NCBI GenBank assembly: GCA_019058365.1 | Contig: JAHPZE010000019.1 | Coordinates: 1-64,000, forward strand | Source of the DNA: Promethearchaeota archaeon | GTDB lineage: Archaea; Asgardarchaeota; Lokiarchaeia; Sigyniarchaeales; SOKP01 | Length of the DNA: 64,000 bases | Direction of reading: 5' to 3' | Shown here: positions 20,177 to 30,079 of the stretch, one piece after another | Layout: every line of letters begins with the position of its first letter | Numbering within the stretch: the stretch's first letter is position 1 | Made by a program: the position numbers and the translations under genes | The notes under the pieces: generated by a model | Told to the model about the DNA's origin: nothing | Databases searched by the model: none | What the model saw: only the letters and a program-made list of their open reading frames with translations

Positions 20177-20884
20177 TTATGGTTTTAATTTGAAACCAAT
20201 TCCATAATACATTAAATAACCCCAAATAATTATAGAAATACCATAAATACTTAGAATTAATCTAAAAGTAGGATTATTTAATAAATTATTAATGAAGGCC
20301 ATATATCCAATACTAATAGCTCCTAAAGACCCTAAAAAGTAGTAAGACCATTTTTTTTTTAAAGTTTTAGTTTCAAAACTGAAATAGATTTTTAATGCAG
20401 TATAAAAAAAAGGCAATACTGCAAAACTTGTTGAGATAATAACTACATACCAGAAAAAGATTGGTTTCCATGCTGGATATCCCCTATCAAAGTTTACACC
20501 GTCAAAAAATACGAAAATTATCAGCATCCCAATGAAAGCTATAATTCCATAGATTAAGATAAACCTATTTTGTCTTTTTACAGAAAATATTAGAGTTGAT
20601 TCTAATATTATCATATTTACCATAAAAATAAAGACTGGTCCAAAACATAATAAAAAATTAGTTAAAAAGTTTAAAATTAAAACTGTTGTTTTTTCAGATA
20701 TAATAGCGTAAATCATATTCAAAATATTTGCAATACTAATGCTTATAAAAAATGCACTGAGAACAATATTTAACCGTTGTCGCTTTCTTCTTAATATCTG
20801 AAATGCTATCAATGAAAAATAAATAACAAAAATTCCTTCCATTACATAAACTAATATAATTCTTTGTAAATCAATCTGAAGCAA
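20177..20884 (-). CDS. Seven-transmembrane membrane protein (stand-alone 7TM sensor-like)
   Basis: Seven hydrophobic helices with a basic loop (RRKRQR) after TM1; no soluble domain. Confidence 0.65.
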   Translation of the reverse strand: MLQIDLQRIILVYVMEGIFVIYFSLIAFQILRRKRQRLNIVLSAFFISISIANILNMIYAIISEKTTVLILNFLTNFLLCFGPVFIFMVNMIILESTLIFSVKRQNRFILIYGIIAFIGMLIIFVFFDGVNFDRGYPAWKPIFFWYVVIISTSFAVLPFFYTALKIYFSFETKTLKKKWSYYFLGSLGAISIGYMAFINNLLNNPTFRLILSIYGISIIIWGYLMYYGIGFKLKP

Positions 20885-21018
20885 TGTGATTTTTTTCCAC
20901 CAAAAAAAAGAATTAATTAATTTTTTATTGGTATAAATAGTATTAATAATTATTGCTAGAATTGATAATATAGTCTAAATTAAATATAAAAAACATAATA
21001 TTAATTTTAGAAAGATGG

Positions 21019-21588
21019 TTAACTTAATTCTTTAAGGCGGTTTATTATATTCCATTCTTTTATGAGTTTTCTCACACTCTTAGGTACGAACTGTTCCCAT
21101 TGTAAATCGTTAATCATGGCTTCACGAATATCGCTTGAGCTAAGCCCTTTATTCTCAAGCGAGACCTCCCATAAAACATGGATTTTTAATTTTAAAGATT
21201 CAAGAAACTTCTTTTTTTGTTTACCCCAATCATCGTATATTGTTAGAAAGAAAACGGCATCGATTGGGACATAATATTTGATTAATTCAGGAATATTAAT
21301 AGGAAAGGGAACAATAGAAAACTCTGAATATATTAAACCTTGTTCTAATAATGCAACGCGTAACATTACATAGCGCTCATAGTAAGTTAAGGGATTTGCA
21401 AGGGATGTACTTCTATGAGGATTTGCTTCTGAATCTCTTGTCAGAAAAGGATCTGGATTTGTAATACCTACGATAAGATGATTACATAGCTGTTTACCCG
21501 CTAAGAGATACTTTATATGATCATTATGTAGAACTTGGAATCTACCATGAATCACACCTACATCATAATTTGGTTTTAATCTATTCAT
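21019..21588 (-). CDS. Nicotinamide/nicotinate-nucleotide adenylyltransferase (NadM-like, cytidylyltransferase superfamily)
   Basis: GRFQVLHNDH (HxxH), NPLTYYER, SSSDIR. Confidence 0.78.
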   Translation of the reverse strand: MNRLKPNYDVGVIHGRFQVLHNDHIKYLLAGKQLCNHLIVGITNPDPFLTRDSEANPHRSTSLANPLTYYERYVMLRVALLEQGLIYSEFSIVPFPINIPELIKYYVPIDAVFFLTIYDDWGKQKKKFLESLKLKIHVLWEVSLENKGLSSSDIREAMINDLQWEQFVPKSVRKLIKEWNIINRLKELS

Positions 21589-21728
21589 TTTTGCTTAAAG
21601 TTATTTATGCTTTAAAGTAAGTCGAATAATTCAAAAAAGATTAATAATTTTATTTTATAACCAACTTTTTTCTACAGATATGCAATTTAAAGAAGATAAC
21701 GAATGGAACGGTTTAATATTTACCTTCA

Positions 21729-23171
21729 TTAATTTTCTTTCTTTTGTGTCAAAAAAGGTGGGATAAACCCTTCTGGAAATGGTGAGATATAAGGATTATC
21801 TTTAGTTTTTTCTTCAAATTCGCGTTTTGCCTTAATAATTATTTCAGGATTGTTCATAAGTTCTATAGCAGATAACGCTAATATTTTTGCTGCCATTAGC
21901 ATTCCTTTATGACCTATACTCATACCAGACGTGCATACATTTTGCCAAGAATGTCCTGGAGACCCCATAATTTGACAAGTTGTAGCAATTTCACCTAAAG
22001 GTGTAACTCTTGAGACATCAGAGACATCTGAAGAACCTGGCACAATTTTTCCTTTTCCAATTCCGGGAAGTATCATCCGATTTAATGGTTGTTCAAGAAT
22101 TTGCTTAGCCATATCACGTAAATTAGGAGGAATAAAGCGAGAAAAGGCTTCCATTGAACCGGGTGGCAAAGTTTTTTTGAGTTTTTCTGCAAATTCCCGA
22201 TCTTCTTTATTAAACCTAGGGGCCCCCACCAATCTCATTTTAGAAAGAAGAACATTCCCAATTACATCATTATGTAAAGGATTATACATTCCCCCTAAAA
22301 AATTTATTACCATTTTAGTTTCTGTCATCAATGCTGCCCCTTCAGCTATTTTAATAACACGTTTATAAAGTTCCTCCACTGAAGAACGCTCAGGAGCTCT
22401 AATAAAGTAATATACTTCAGCTTTATCTGGAACAACATTAGGTGCCTCTCCACCATTTGTAATTACATAATGGATCCTAGCATCAGGAATAATGTGTTCT
22501 CTCAAATAATTCACTCCTACATTCATTAATTCTACAGCATCTAATGCACTTCGTCCATTCTGTGGATCAAAAGCAGCATGAGCAGTACGACCAAGAAATC
22601 TGAATTTTACAGAATTAATCGCTAATAATGAAACATCATTTATTGCATTCATAAAAGCAGGATGCCATGATAAAGTAATATCGACATCTTTAAATGCCCC
22701 TGCATTAATCATATAGCCCTTACTATTGAATTTTTCCTCAGCAGGGCAACCGTAATATCTTATTGTACCATTAGCATCTCCTGAAAGAATAGCTTCTTTG
22801 ACCGCAAGAACAGCTCCTAGTGCCCCTGTACCTAATAAATTGTGTCCACAGCCATGACCTGATGCTCCTTCTTTTAGAGGTCTTTTTATTGGTTCACTAA
22901 TTTGACTTAAACCGGGTAATGCGTCATATTCACCTAATATAGCAATTACAGGTTTATTATTACCATAACTAGCATAAAATGCTGTTGGTATGCCTGCAAC
23001 ATTTTTTTCAACGAAAAATTCAGCCTTCTCTAATGTTTCTGCTAATAGAGTTGATGATTTATACTCTTCAAAGCCAACTTCTGCAAATTCCCATATTTTA
23101 TCACTGATTTCAATTAATTCTTGTTGATTTTCGTCAATCCAATTCGCATATTTTTTAGACATAATAACCAA
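21729..23171 (-). CDS. abgB: M20 amidohydrolase, p-aminobenzoyl-glutamate hydrolase subunit B-like
   Basis: GEYDALPGLSQ, GHGCGHNLLG, GCPAEE, GRSALDAVELM, GSSDV, HSWQ. Confidence 0.85.
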   Translation of the reverse strand: MVIMSKKYANWIDENQQELIEISDKIWEFAEVGFEEYKSSTLLAETLEKAEFFVEKNVAGIPTAFYASYGNNKPVIAILGEYDALPGLSQISEPIKRPLKEGASGHGCGHNLLGTGALGAVLAVKEAILSGDANGTIRYYGCPAEEKFNSKGYMINAGAFKDVDITLSWHPAFMNAINDVSLLAINSVKFRFLGRTAHAAFDPQNGRSALDAVELMNVGVNYLREHIIPDARIHYVITNGGEAPNVVPDKAEVYYFIRAPERSSVEELYKRVIKIAEGAALMTETKMVINFLGGMYNPLHNDVIGNVLLSKMRLVGAPRFNKEDREFAEKLKKTLPPGSMEAFSRFIPPNLRDMAKQILEQPLNRMILPGIGKGKIVPGSSDVSDVSRVTPLGEIATTCQIMGSPGHSWQNVCTSGMSIGHKGMLMAAKILALSAIELMNNPEIIIKAKREFEEKTKDNPYISPFPEGFIPPFLTQKKEN

Positions 23172-23396
23172 TTTTTATATCATCTAACAATTTTTAAAAG
23201 TTAAATTAACTATAGATTAGTTCTATTTATTTATTTTCCAGTTGATTCAAGTACTAATAAATTTAAAAAAACTTACATAGTGAGACTAATGGTGTCTTAA
23301 AGGGGATTCTATATCTTGCTTTTAGGTTTTTTAAATAAATGATTTTCTTTTATATTAATTTAATGTTTATTAGTAAGTTTATTAAAAATAGTAATC

Positions 23397-25031
23397 ATGA
23401 AGATTCGATCTTTAATAAAAAAAAATAAATTTTTCACGATTTTTTCTGTTGTTTTCCTGATATGGATCATTTTCCTTGTTATATTATCTATTATTGGACG
23501 AAGAACTGTAATATTCTTTGATGCTCTTGGACAAGTAAATGTTTCATCTGAGTTTACAAGCAAACTTCCGCTACAAAGATATTTTGTGGAGCCTTTTATG
23601 GTTATAGGTAATATTTTAGAGTATGAGTTTACATGGATGTTTCTCTTTTTAATATTTTATCCTATTTTAAGAGGAGTTTATTTATATTTAAAGAAAAAAG
23701 GGATGTTTAGCTCAAATAAATATAGATACATCTCTTACCCTATAGTTGATGTTATTTACTTTTGTTTTAAAGTTTTAACCTTAACTATTTTGATAGTTGC
23801 AATTTATATTCTTATAGGGTATTTAATCCAAGGTTATTTCTTTGTAAGCAGATATTTTATGATTCCAATCCAATTAGCTGTTCACGTAAGTATGATTCTT
23901 ATTTTCTTAAAAATTAGTTTTGTAATACTCAGATTGTTTCATCCGAAACTAAAACTTAACTTATCTAAGAAATTTTTAGAAAAAAGAACTCAAAGGAAGG
24001 CAAAAATTCAGGTTATAAAACAAGAAGCTGTTTTTTACATTGGAATAGGTGTGCTATTACTCGGTGCTAATATTGTGTTAATTTCTACCCCCTTTACACC
24101 TCAAGAAATAGTCCCTACAGTACCACTCGAGGAGGATGAATTTTTATTTGATTTTCATGTTCATACCATCTTTAGTGATGGCTGGTTTTCTGTCGAAGAA
24201 AGGATTAACTGGTATATACAACAAGGTATATCGGGAGCAGCTTTTTCTGACCATGACAATATAAGAGGGGCTACAATGGCTCAAAAATATGTTAAGGAAC
24301 ACAATCTGGATTTTATTGTGTTCATGGCAGAAGAATGGACACAAAATGCCGAAAATCCAGGAGAAATCCATATGAATTATTTTGGATTAGCAGAAGAAAT
24401 TGTACCATTAGAATCTTATTCTCCCTGTGGTCCATTGGCGATGAACGCTTCTGATACAATAAGTTATGTGAAAGCGAACGGGGGGTATATTACAGTCAAC
24501 CATTATAATTATGATCCAAATCCAAATGGTGGTTTTGGTGTTCCTTATAGTTTGGATCAATTAAGGGATTGGGGCGTAGATGGTTTTGAAATTGTTAATA
24601 GTGGTAATTATGGGAAATATCAACAAATAAGGAATTATTCAATAACTAATAACTTAACATGCATAGGAGGTTCGGATATTCATACAAATGAAGATTTAAA
24701 TACTTTTATAAAATTGAAACTAGACGACCCTACAAATCTCACTATTGCAAACATCTTTGAAACTTTAAGAGATAATACACATGAAGTAGTTGCGATTAGG
24801 TTTTATCCAAAAGTAGTAGATTTTCCCAGTGATTTGAATGATTTTGGATTTTATGTTTTAGAAGATTTTATAAATTATATCTTAAATATGGATATTGGTC
24901 AGACTTTATCTTGGATAATCTGGTCAGGTTTAATATATGCATTATTCTTTCTGGTATACCGAAAAATAAAACATACTAATTTGAGGTTTTTAAAAGATAA
25001 AATCTATAAAAAGTGCAATAACTCAAATTAA
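23397..25031 (+). CDS. Membrane-anchored PHP-domain metallophosphoesterase-like protein
   Basis: N-terminal TM helices; DFHVHTIFSDG, FSDHD, AEEWT, VNH and GGSDIH PHP motifs; C-terminal TM helix. Confidence 0.8.
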   Translation: MKIRSLIKKNKFFTIFSVVFLIWIIFLVILSIIGRRTVIFFDALGQVNVSSEFTSKLPLQRYFVEPFMVIGNILEYEFTWMFLFLIFYPILRGVYLYLKKKGMFSSNKYRYISYPIVDVIYFCFKVLTLTILIVAIYILIGYLIQGYFFVSRYFMIPIQLAVHVSMILIFLKISFVILRLFHPKLKLNLSKKFLEKRTQRKAKIQVIKQEAVFYIGIGVLLLGANIVLISTPFTPQEIVPTVPLEEDEFLFDFHVHTIFSDGWFSVEERINWYIQQGISGAAFSDHDNIRGATMAQKYVKEHNLDFIVFMAEEWTQNAENPGEIHMNYFGLAEEIVPLESYSPCGPLAMNASDTISYVKANGGYITVNHYNYDPNPNGGFGVPYSLDQLRDWGVDGFEIVNSGNYGKYQQIRNYSITNNLTCIGGSDIHTNEDLNTFIKLKLDDPTNLTIANIFETLRDNTHEVVAIRFYPKVVDFPSDLNDFGFYVLEDFINYILNMDIGQTLSWIIWSGLIYALFFLVYRKIKHTNLRFLKDKIYKKCNNSN

Positions 25032-25035
25032 GAAT

Positions 25036-25494
25036 TCAAATATAATAACCCGTATTATCTTCCTTGTAGTTATCTTTGTCATCATCATTGTCATCATCAT
25101 CTTCTCCAAGGAGTTTTTTATAGAAGTATTTCAGCATATCTTCGGGATCTCCTTTAAAATCTTTAAGATCTCGAGGATCAATTCTTATAATACCACCTCT
25201 TTTAAATGGCATTACTTTATCACGAAGGTCTTTTTCAATTTTTTCTTGTCTTCTTGCATTTAGAAGTAATTCCTTCTTCATCAGTTCTTTTAATTCATTT
25301 ACCACAAGATTATCTAAATAGCTTGGTTCAAAGTCCATAAGTGCTCCTGGGCTATAAAATTTTGTAATCCTTTTAATTGCCTTATCCCTTTTGTATTCTG
25401 GAATCTGGCTAATACTATCAAGGTTTAGTAATGATAAAATGTTTAACCAATCGAGTTTTATTGTCCAGCCGTATTCTTTATTGTCTTCTTCCAT
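25036..25494 (-). CDS. Hypothetical protein with acidic C-terminus
   Basis: 152-aa ORF with normal codon composition; no recognisable motif. Confidence 0.55.
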   Translation of the reverse strand: MEEDNKEYGWTIKLDWLNILSLLNLDSISQIPEYKRDKAIKRITKFYSPGALMDFEPSYLDNLVVNELKELMKKELLLNARRQEKIEKDLRDKVMPFKRGGIIRIDPRDLKDFKGDPEDMLKYFYKKLLGEDDDDNDDDKDNYKEDNTGYYI

Positions 25495-25713
25495 TTTTTT
25501 TAATTTTTTTTATCTAATTCATAAAATCTAAGAAATGAAATAAAGTTTTTCACACATTTTTATATTGTAACCAATAAATGAACCTTATAAATTTATTTAT
25601 TTTATTCTATAATATTCAGAATAATGTAATAATCTTAAATTTTTTGCCAACTTAAAAAACTTTTGCATTAAAATTAGTTTACAATAAGATATAAAGGAAT
25701 TACTTTGAAGGAA

Positions 25714-26550
25714 CTAACTTTGAAGGAATTCTCGAATTTTAGATGAGACAAATTCGGGGGCATCATGGGTTATCCAATGGGAAGATTTTTCATGTCTTAT
25801 TATTCGTAAATCCTTAACATAATTGGATAATCCTTCTAGTAATTGAGGTTTCAAAGCAAGATCTTTCATTCCCCAAAGTACTAGAGTAGGAACATTTATA
25901 ATTCCTTTCCATTCTTTGAAATTAATATTTGCTCTGTAATAATTCACTCCTCCCAGTATTGCCCCAGGTTGAGACCATGCCTTAATGTATTTTTCTTTAT
26001 CAGTCTCACTAAAATCTTTTGTAAAAACAGTTTTTTTAAGCCAATTATAATCATCTTCAATTATAAACTTCTCTCCATTCGGTTTTAAAAACTCAAAAAT
26101 ATAGAAGCTGGCTTTTTGCTGCTCTTTGTCTGTTCTTAATTTTTGTTGAAAAATTATATGATGAGGGGCATTTAAAATTATTAATTTCTTTAAAAGCTCA
26201 GGATATTTCTCAGCAAAGATCCAAGCTACGACCCCACCCCAATCATGTCCAGCAAGATTGAATTTACCTAATTTTAATTTTTCACTCAAACCTTTAATAT
26301 CTTCTATTAAAATTTCTACTTTATAGCTTTCTACCTCTTTCGGTTTATCAGATAAATTATATCCCCTCATGTCCGGTGTTATTAATTTAAAATCATTCTT
26401 AAGTAGGGGAATTACTTTTGACCAACAATACCAAAACTCTGGAAAGCCATGAAGTAAAATTAAGGGTTCTCCAGATCCTATTATGATAGTATGAAGCTTT
26501 ATTCCATTGGTTTCAATAAATACCTCTTCAAGTTCATTCAATAATCCCAT
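25714..26550 (-). CDS. Alpha/beta hydrolase, epoxide hydrolase family
   Basis: LLHGFPEFW, DMRGYNLSDKP, GHDWGG (Asp nucleophile), NYYRA, SHW. Confidence 0.9.
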   Translation of the reverse strand: MGLLNELEEVFIETNGIKLHTIIIGSGEPLILLHGFPEFWYCWSKVIPLLKNDFKLITPDMRGYNLSDKPKEVESYKVEILIEDIKGLSEKLKLGKFNLAGHDWGGVVAWIFAEKYPELLKKLIILNAPHHIIFQQKLRTDKEQQKASFYIFEFLKPNGEKFIIEDDYNWLKKTVFTKDFSETDKEKYIKAWSQPGAILGGVNYYRANINFKEWKGIINVPTLVLWGMKDLALKPQLLEGLSNYVKDLRIIRHEKSSHWITHDAPEFVSSKIREFLQS

Positions 26551-26713
26551 AATTATACACCAACTATTGTAATTTTGAGAAAAATGATTATATTATAAAT
26601 TTAAGGAATTTAAAAAATAATAAAAATCTAAAAAAGTAGAGTTTATCGTTAGAAATTAAGAGAATAAAAACAAGAAATATGTTTTAATCCATTAAAAATT
26701 TATATTTAAAATT

Positions 26714-26926
26714 TTATTCAAAATAACTCAAAAAAGAACGAGTAAAATCCTTTACTAAAGAATTATCAATTTCACCGAACTTATACCTTCCACGTGGCAT
26801 CTTCTTTTCCCGAATTGAAAAGTAACGTTTTAAAGCAAGTTCAAAATCATTGATAGCCATACTATTTTCTTCTGCGAATTTTATCTCACCAAATTTTAAG
26901 AGAAAATCCGGATTCATAATACTCAA
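26714..26926 (-). CDS. Small hypothetical protein
   Basis: 70 aa; TTG start preceded by AGGTGA on the minus strand; divergent from the TetR gene. Confidence 0.55.
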   Translation of the reverse strand: MSIMNPDFLLKFGEIKFAEENSMAINDFELALKRYFSIREKKMPRGRYKFGEIDNSLVKDFTRSFLSYFE

Positions 26927-27075
26927 CTATTTTTTCACCTCAATCAATTGTGTTTTATTCAAATGTTTTTTTAATTAAATAATTATTTTTATTAATAAAG
27001 ATAGGTAAGTATATAAATCTTTTCCTACACTTGCGAGGGTTAATTTTTCTTACTTTTAACCGAATCCTCATTCAC

Positions 27076-27093
27076 TGAATGATCATTCATTCA
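27076..27093. promoter_or_regulatory. Palindromic TetR/FadR-type operator TGAATGA-N4-TCATTCA
   Basis: Perfect 7-bp inverted arms, with a nested 14-bp palindrome TGAATGATCATTCA, upstream of the TetR gene. Confidence 0.65.
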
Positions 27094-27366
27094 TTAATTT
27101 CTTACCTTTATTTTACGAAGAAATGTTATAGAAAAGATATTAGAATAACCTATTTATATAATTCTTATCATTTTCCTATTTAATATTAATATTTAGAAAT
27201 ATATTTTTAAAGGTTAGGGAATTCCAGATTTCTAAGAAACTTTAAAATACACTTGAAATTAGAATTTTAAAAGTTAATAAATTTTAATATAATTTCTTAT
27301 GTAATAATAATTTTAATGAATTTTACTTAGATATAAAATGTCCATTATTTTTTGAGTTGAGTTTAA

Positions 27367-27981
27367 GTGTCTTTAAGGGTAAAAAAATCTGAGATAATTA
27401 AGAAGGAAAAGAGAAATCTATTTATAATATCGTCTCTATCTGTTTTTGAAGAAAAAGGATTTAACAACACTCGTATAAAAGATATTACAAAAAAAGCAGG
27501 AACATCTGTGGGAAATTTTTATAATTATTTTAAAAGTAAAGAGGAAGTAATCGAAGTATTAATTAGTGGATTAGCTGAACTTATGATCAGTAAATTTAGA
27601 GAATTATTCGTTTATTTCAAAGAAAATAGAATTCCCCCAATCTCTGCGGTTAAGTATCTTTTTCGAGGATATGCTAAAATGTTTAAGGCAAAAAGTGAAA
27701 CTTTTTTAATTTTCTTTGAGCAAATGGGAGGGATGGATAAAAAATATCGAATCAAGAGAAATGAGATTCTTGACAAATTTACATATGAAGTAGAAAAAAT
27801 CATCGTAAAACTAATAGAATTCGGAGCTCGTGATCAAAACCCTAAGATAACAGCTAGAATTTGGACATCTACGGTACTTGGAGTCTTTATTTGGTGGATT
27901 CGGAGTGATTTTGAGCTTGAAGAGGAAGAACTTATTGAAAATTTAACAGATGTTCTTGTTAAAGGCACAATGTCAAAGTAA
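27367..27981 (+). CDS. TetR/AcrR family transcriptional regulator
   Basis: F.EKGFNNTRIKDITKKAGTSVGNFYNYFKSKEE helix-turn-helix. Confidence 0.92.
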   Translation: MSLRVKKSEIIKKEKRNLFIISSLSVFEEKGFNNTRIKDITKKAGTSVGNFYNYFKSKEEVIEVLISGLAELMISKFRELFVYFKENRIPPISAVKYLFRGYAKMFKAKSETFLIFFEQMGGMDKKYRIKRNEILDKFTYEVEKIIVKLIEFGARDQNPKITARIWTSTVLGVFIWWIRSDFELEEEELIENLTDVLVKGTMSK

Positions 27982-28078
27982 GATAATGAACAATTTATTA
28001 CAATAGTTATAATTATAAGTAAATGATCTAAATTATACTTGGAGAATTCATATATAAAATTATTGGGCTTGATTTAAA

Positions 28079-29026
28079 ATGAATAAGGAAATAGATGAAA
28101 GAACTTACTTGAATTTTCTTTTACAATCCTTAAATGTTGATGATTTGAAACAAATTTGTCGAGATTTTGAAATAAAAGGATTTTCAAAAATGAAGAAATC
28201 TGATATTATTGATTTTATTCTTGATTCATTGTCAGAAGAAGAATTCAAGGAACTCTTACAGCAAAAAGAAATTGAAATAATATCTGCTGGAATTGATTTA
28301 GCAATTAAAAAAATTAATGGTGAAGATAGAGAGAGCATTGCTGAAATTAAGATTGTAAATCCAAATAAACATGAAATTGAATTAAAATTTAAAGGATGGA
28401 ATTGGGAAACACAATCTTATTTATCAATTAATTCAAAAAATATAATAAATCCTGAACGTGATTGCGATTGTAAAATAGGAGCCAATATGGGTTTTTGCAG
28501 TCATTTTTGGATTGGATTCATCTATTCTTTAAAACAAAATTGGTTTAAGCTTAAAGATTGGACTTTGACTGCTCTACCTGATGATTTTGAAAAAAAAATT
28601 AAGACTATAAAACTTGCTGAAACTCAAGTGGGGAAAAATAGTAATGAAAAGCAAGAAAAAGCAGTGTTGATTGATGAATCATCTTCAAGTGCGAAATTAA
28701 TGAAATATCTTGATTCATCGATAACTGTTTATGAGGCAAATATTACTGACATTGTTAAAAAGGAATCTGAATTTCAAGGAAATATAACAATTTTTTTTAT
28801 GGTTTCACTTGGAAATCTCAAATTAGGTCCTAAATTAAAAAAAGTAAGCGATTACAAAGAAGAAGATACTGATACCGCTGAAAAATTAAAAGTACGGATT
28901 AGTGAAAAATTGCAAAATGAGAACAGTTTTATAAAAGGAGATAAGATCAACTTTAGCGGAAAACTTGTAAGAGACAATTTTTGGGGATACATAGTTAAAA
29001 ATGTAAGGAAGATTACTAAGAAATAA
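28079..29026 (+). CDS. Rho_N/SAP-like + SWIM zinc finger + OB-fold-like protein
   Basis: LNVDDLKQICRDFEIKGFSKMKKSDII; CDC-x8-CSH SWIM motif; C-terminal KGDKINFSGKL beta-barrel pattern. Confidence 0.65.
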   Translation: MNKEIDERTYLNFLLQSLNVDDLKQICRDFEIKGFSKMKKSDIIDFILDSLSEEEFKELLQQKEIEIISAGIDLAIKKINGEDRESIAEIKIVNPNKHEIELKFKGWNWETQSYLSINSKNIINPERDCDCKIGANMGFCSHFWIGFIYSLKQNWFKLKDWTLTALPDDFEKKIKTIKLAETQVGKNSNEKQEKAVLIDESSSSAKLMKYLDSSITVYEANITDIVKKESEFQGNITIFFMVSLGNLKLGPKLKKVSDYKEEDTDTAEKLKVRISEKLQNENSFIKGDKINFSGKLVRDNFWGYIVKNVRKITKK

Positions 29027-29167
29027 AAAATCAAATTACACACCTATGTAAACTTTTCTTATAATTAATTCCTTTATTTTTAAGTCAGTAAAGTTTTATT
29101 AGTATTACTTTATTCTCCTATATATCCTCTTTTAATTAGGAATTTTAATATTTACTTTGGGATATTT

Positions 29168-30079
29168 ATGATGACTAAAACTGAGAATAATAAATCTAAT
29201 ATTATGAAAGGAAAAATCTGTATGATTACAGGTGCTAATTCTGGAATTGGTAAAGCGACTGCGATAGGTTTAGCGAAATTAGGGGCGACCTTGGTATTAG
29301 TTTGTCGGGATCAAGCTCGGGCGGAAAAAGCAATAGTAGAGATTAAAAAAAAAACTAGTAATGATTCAATCGATATAATAATTGCCGACTTGTCTTCTCA
29401 AAAAGACATCCATAATTTAGTATCGGAGTTCAAAAAAAAGTATGGTCAATTACACGTCCTAATTAATAATGCTGGAGTAAATTTAAATAAACATACATTA
29501 ACCGAAGATGGAATTGAAACAACATTTGCAGTAAATTATTTGGCTCAATTTATGTTAAGTATTTTATTTTTTGATATCTTAAAAAAAAGTGCTCCTGCCC
29601 GCATTGTAAATGTGGCATCAAGTGTCCAAGCAAAAGTTATTGATTTTGATGATCTAAATGGTGAAAAGCATTATAGTCAATTAAAAGCATATGCTCAATC
29701 AAAACTGGCTGTTATTGTCTTTACTTACGAATTTGCCCAAAAAATCTGTGGAACAGGGGTTTCAATAAATTGTCTTCACCCGGGATATGTAAAAACGAAT
29801 ATGATACGTAATTTTCGACCCTTTGTCAAATATTTTTACCATTTGGTGGGCTTATTTATGAAAAGCCCGAAGCGTGGGGCTAAAAGTTCAATATATTTAG
29901 CATCAAATATAGATATTGATGGTGTCAGTGGAAAATATTTCAAAAAGAGAAAAGAAGCGAAGTCTGTCAAAGTATCTTATGATGCTACTGTATCTAAACA
30001 ATTGTGGGATGTAAGTGTTAAACTAACAAAGGTTGATTTTAAAAGTAACTTATCCCAACTAATTGAAAATAAGACTTAA
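29168..30079 (+). CDS. Short-chain dehydrogenase/reductase (retinol dehydrogenase-like)
   Basis: TGANSGIG, NNAG, YAQSK and HPGYVKT motifs. Confidence 0.92.
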   Translation: MMTKTENNKSNIMKGKICMITGANSGIGKATAIGLAKLGATLVLVCRDQARAEKAIVEIKKKTSNDSIDIIIADLSSQKDIHNLVSEFKKKYGQLHVLINNAGVNLNKHTLTEDGIETTFAVNYLAQFMLSILFFDILKKSAPARIVNVASSVQAKVIDFDDLNGEKHYSQLKAYAQSKLAVIVFTYEFAQKICGTGVSINCLHPGYVKTNMIRNFRPFVKYFYHLVGLFMKSPKRGAKSSIYLASNIDIDGVSGKYFKKRKEAKSVKVSYDATVSKQLWDVSVKLTKVDFKSNLSQLIENKT

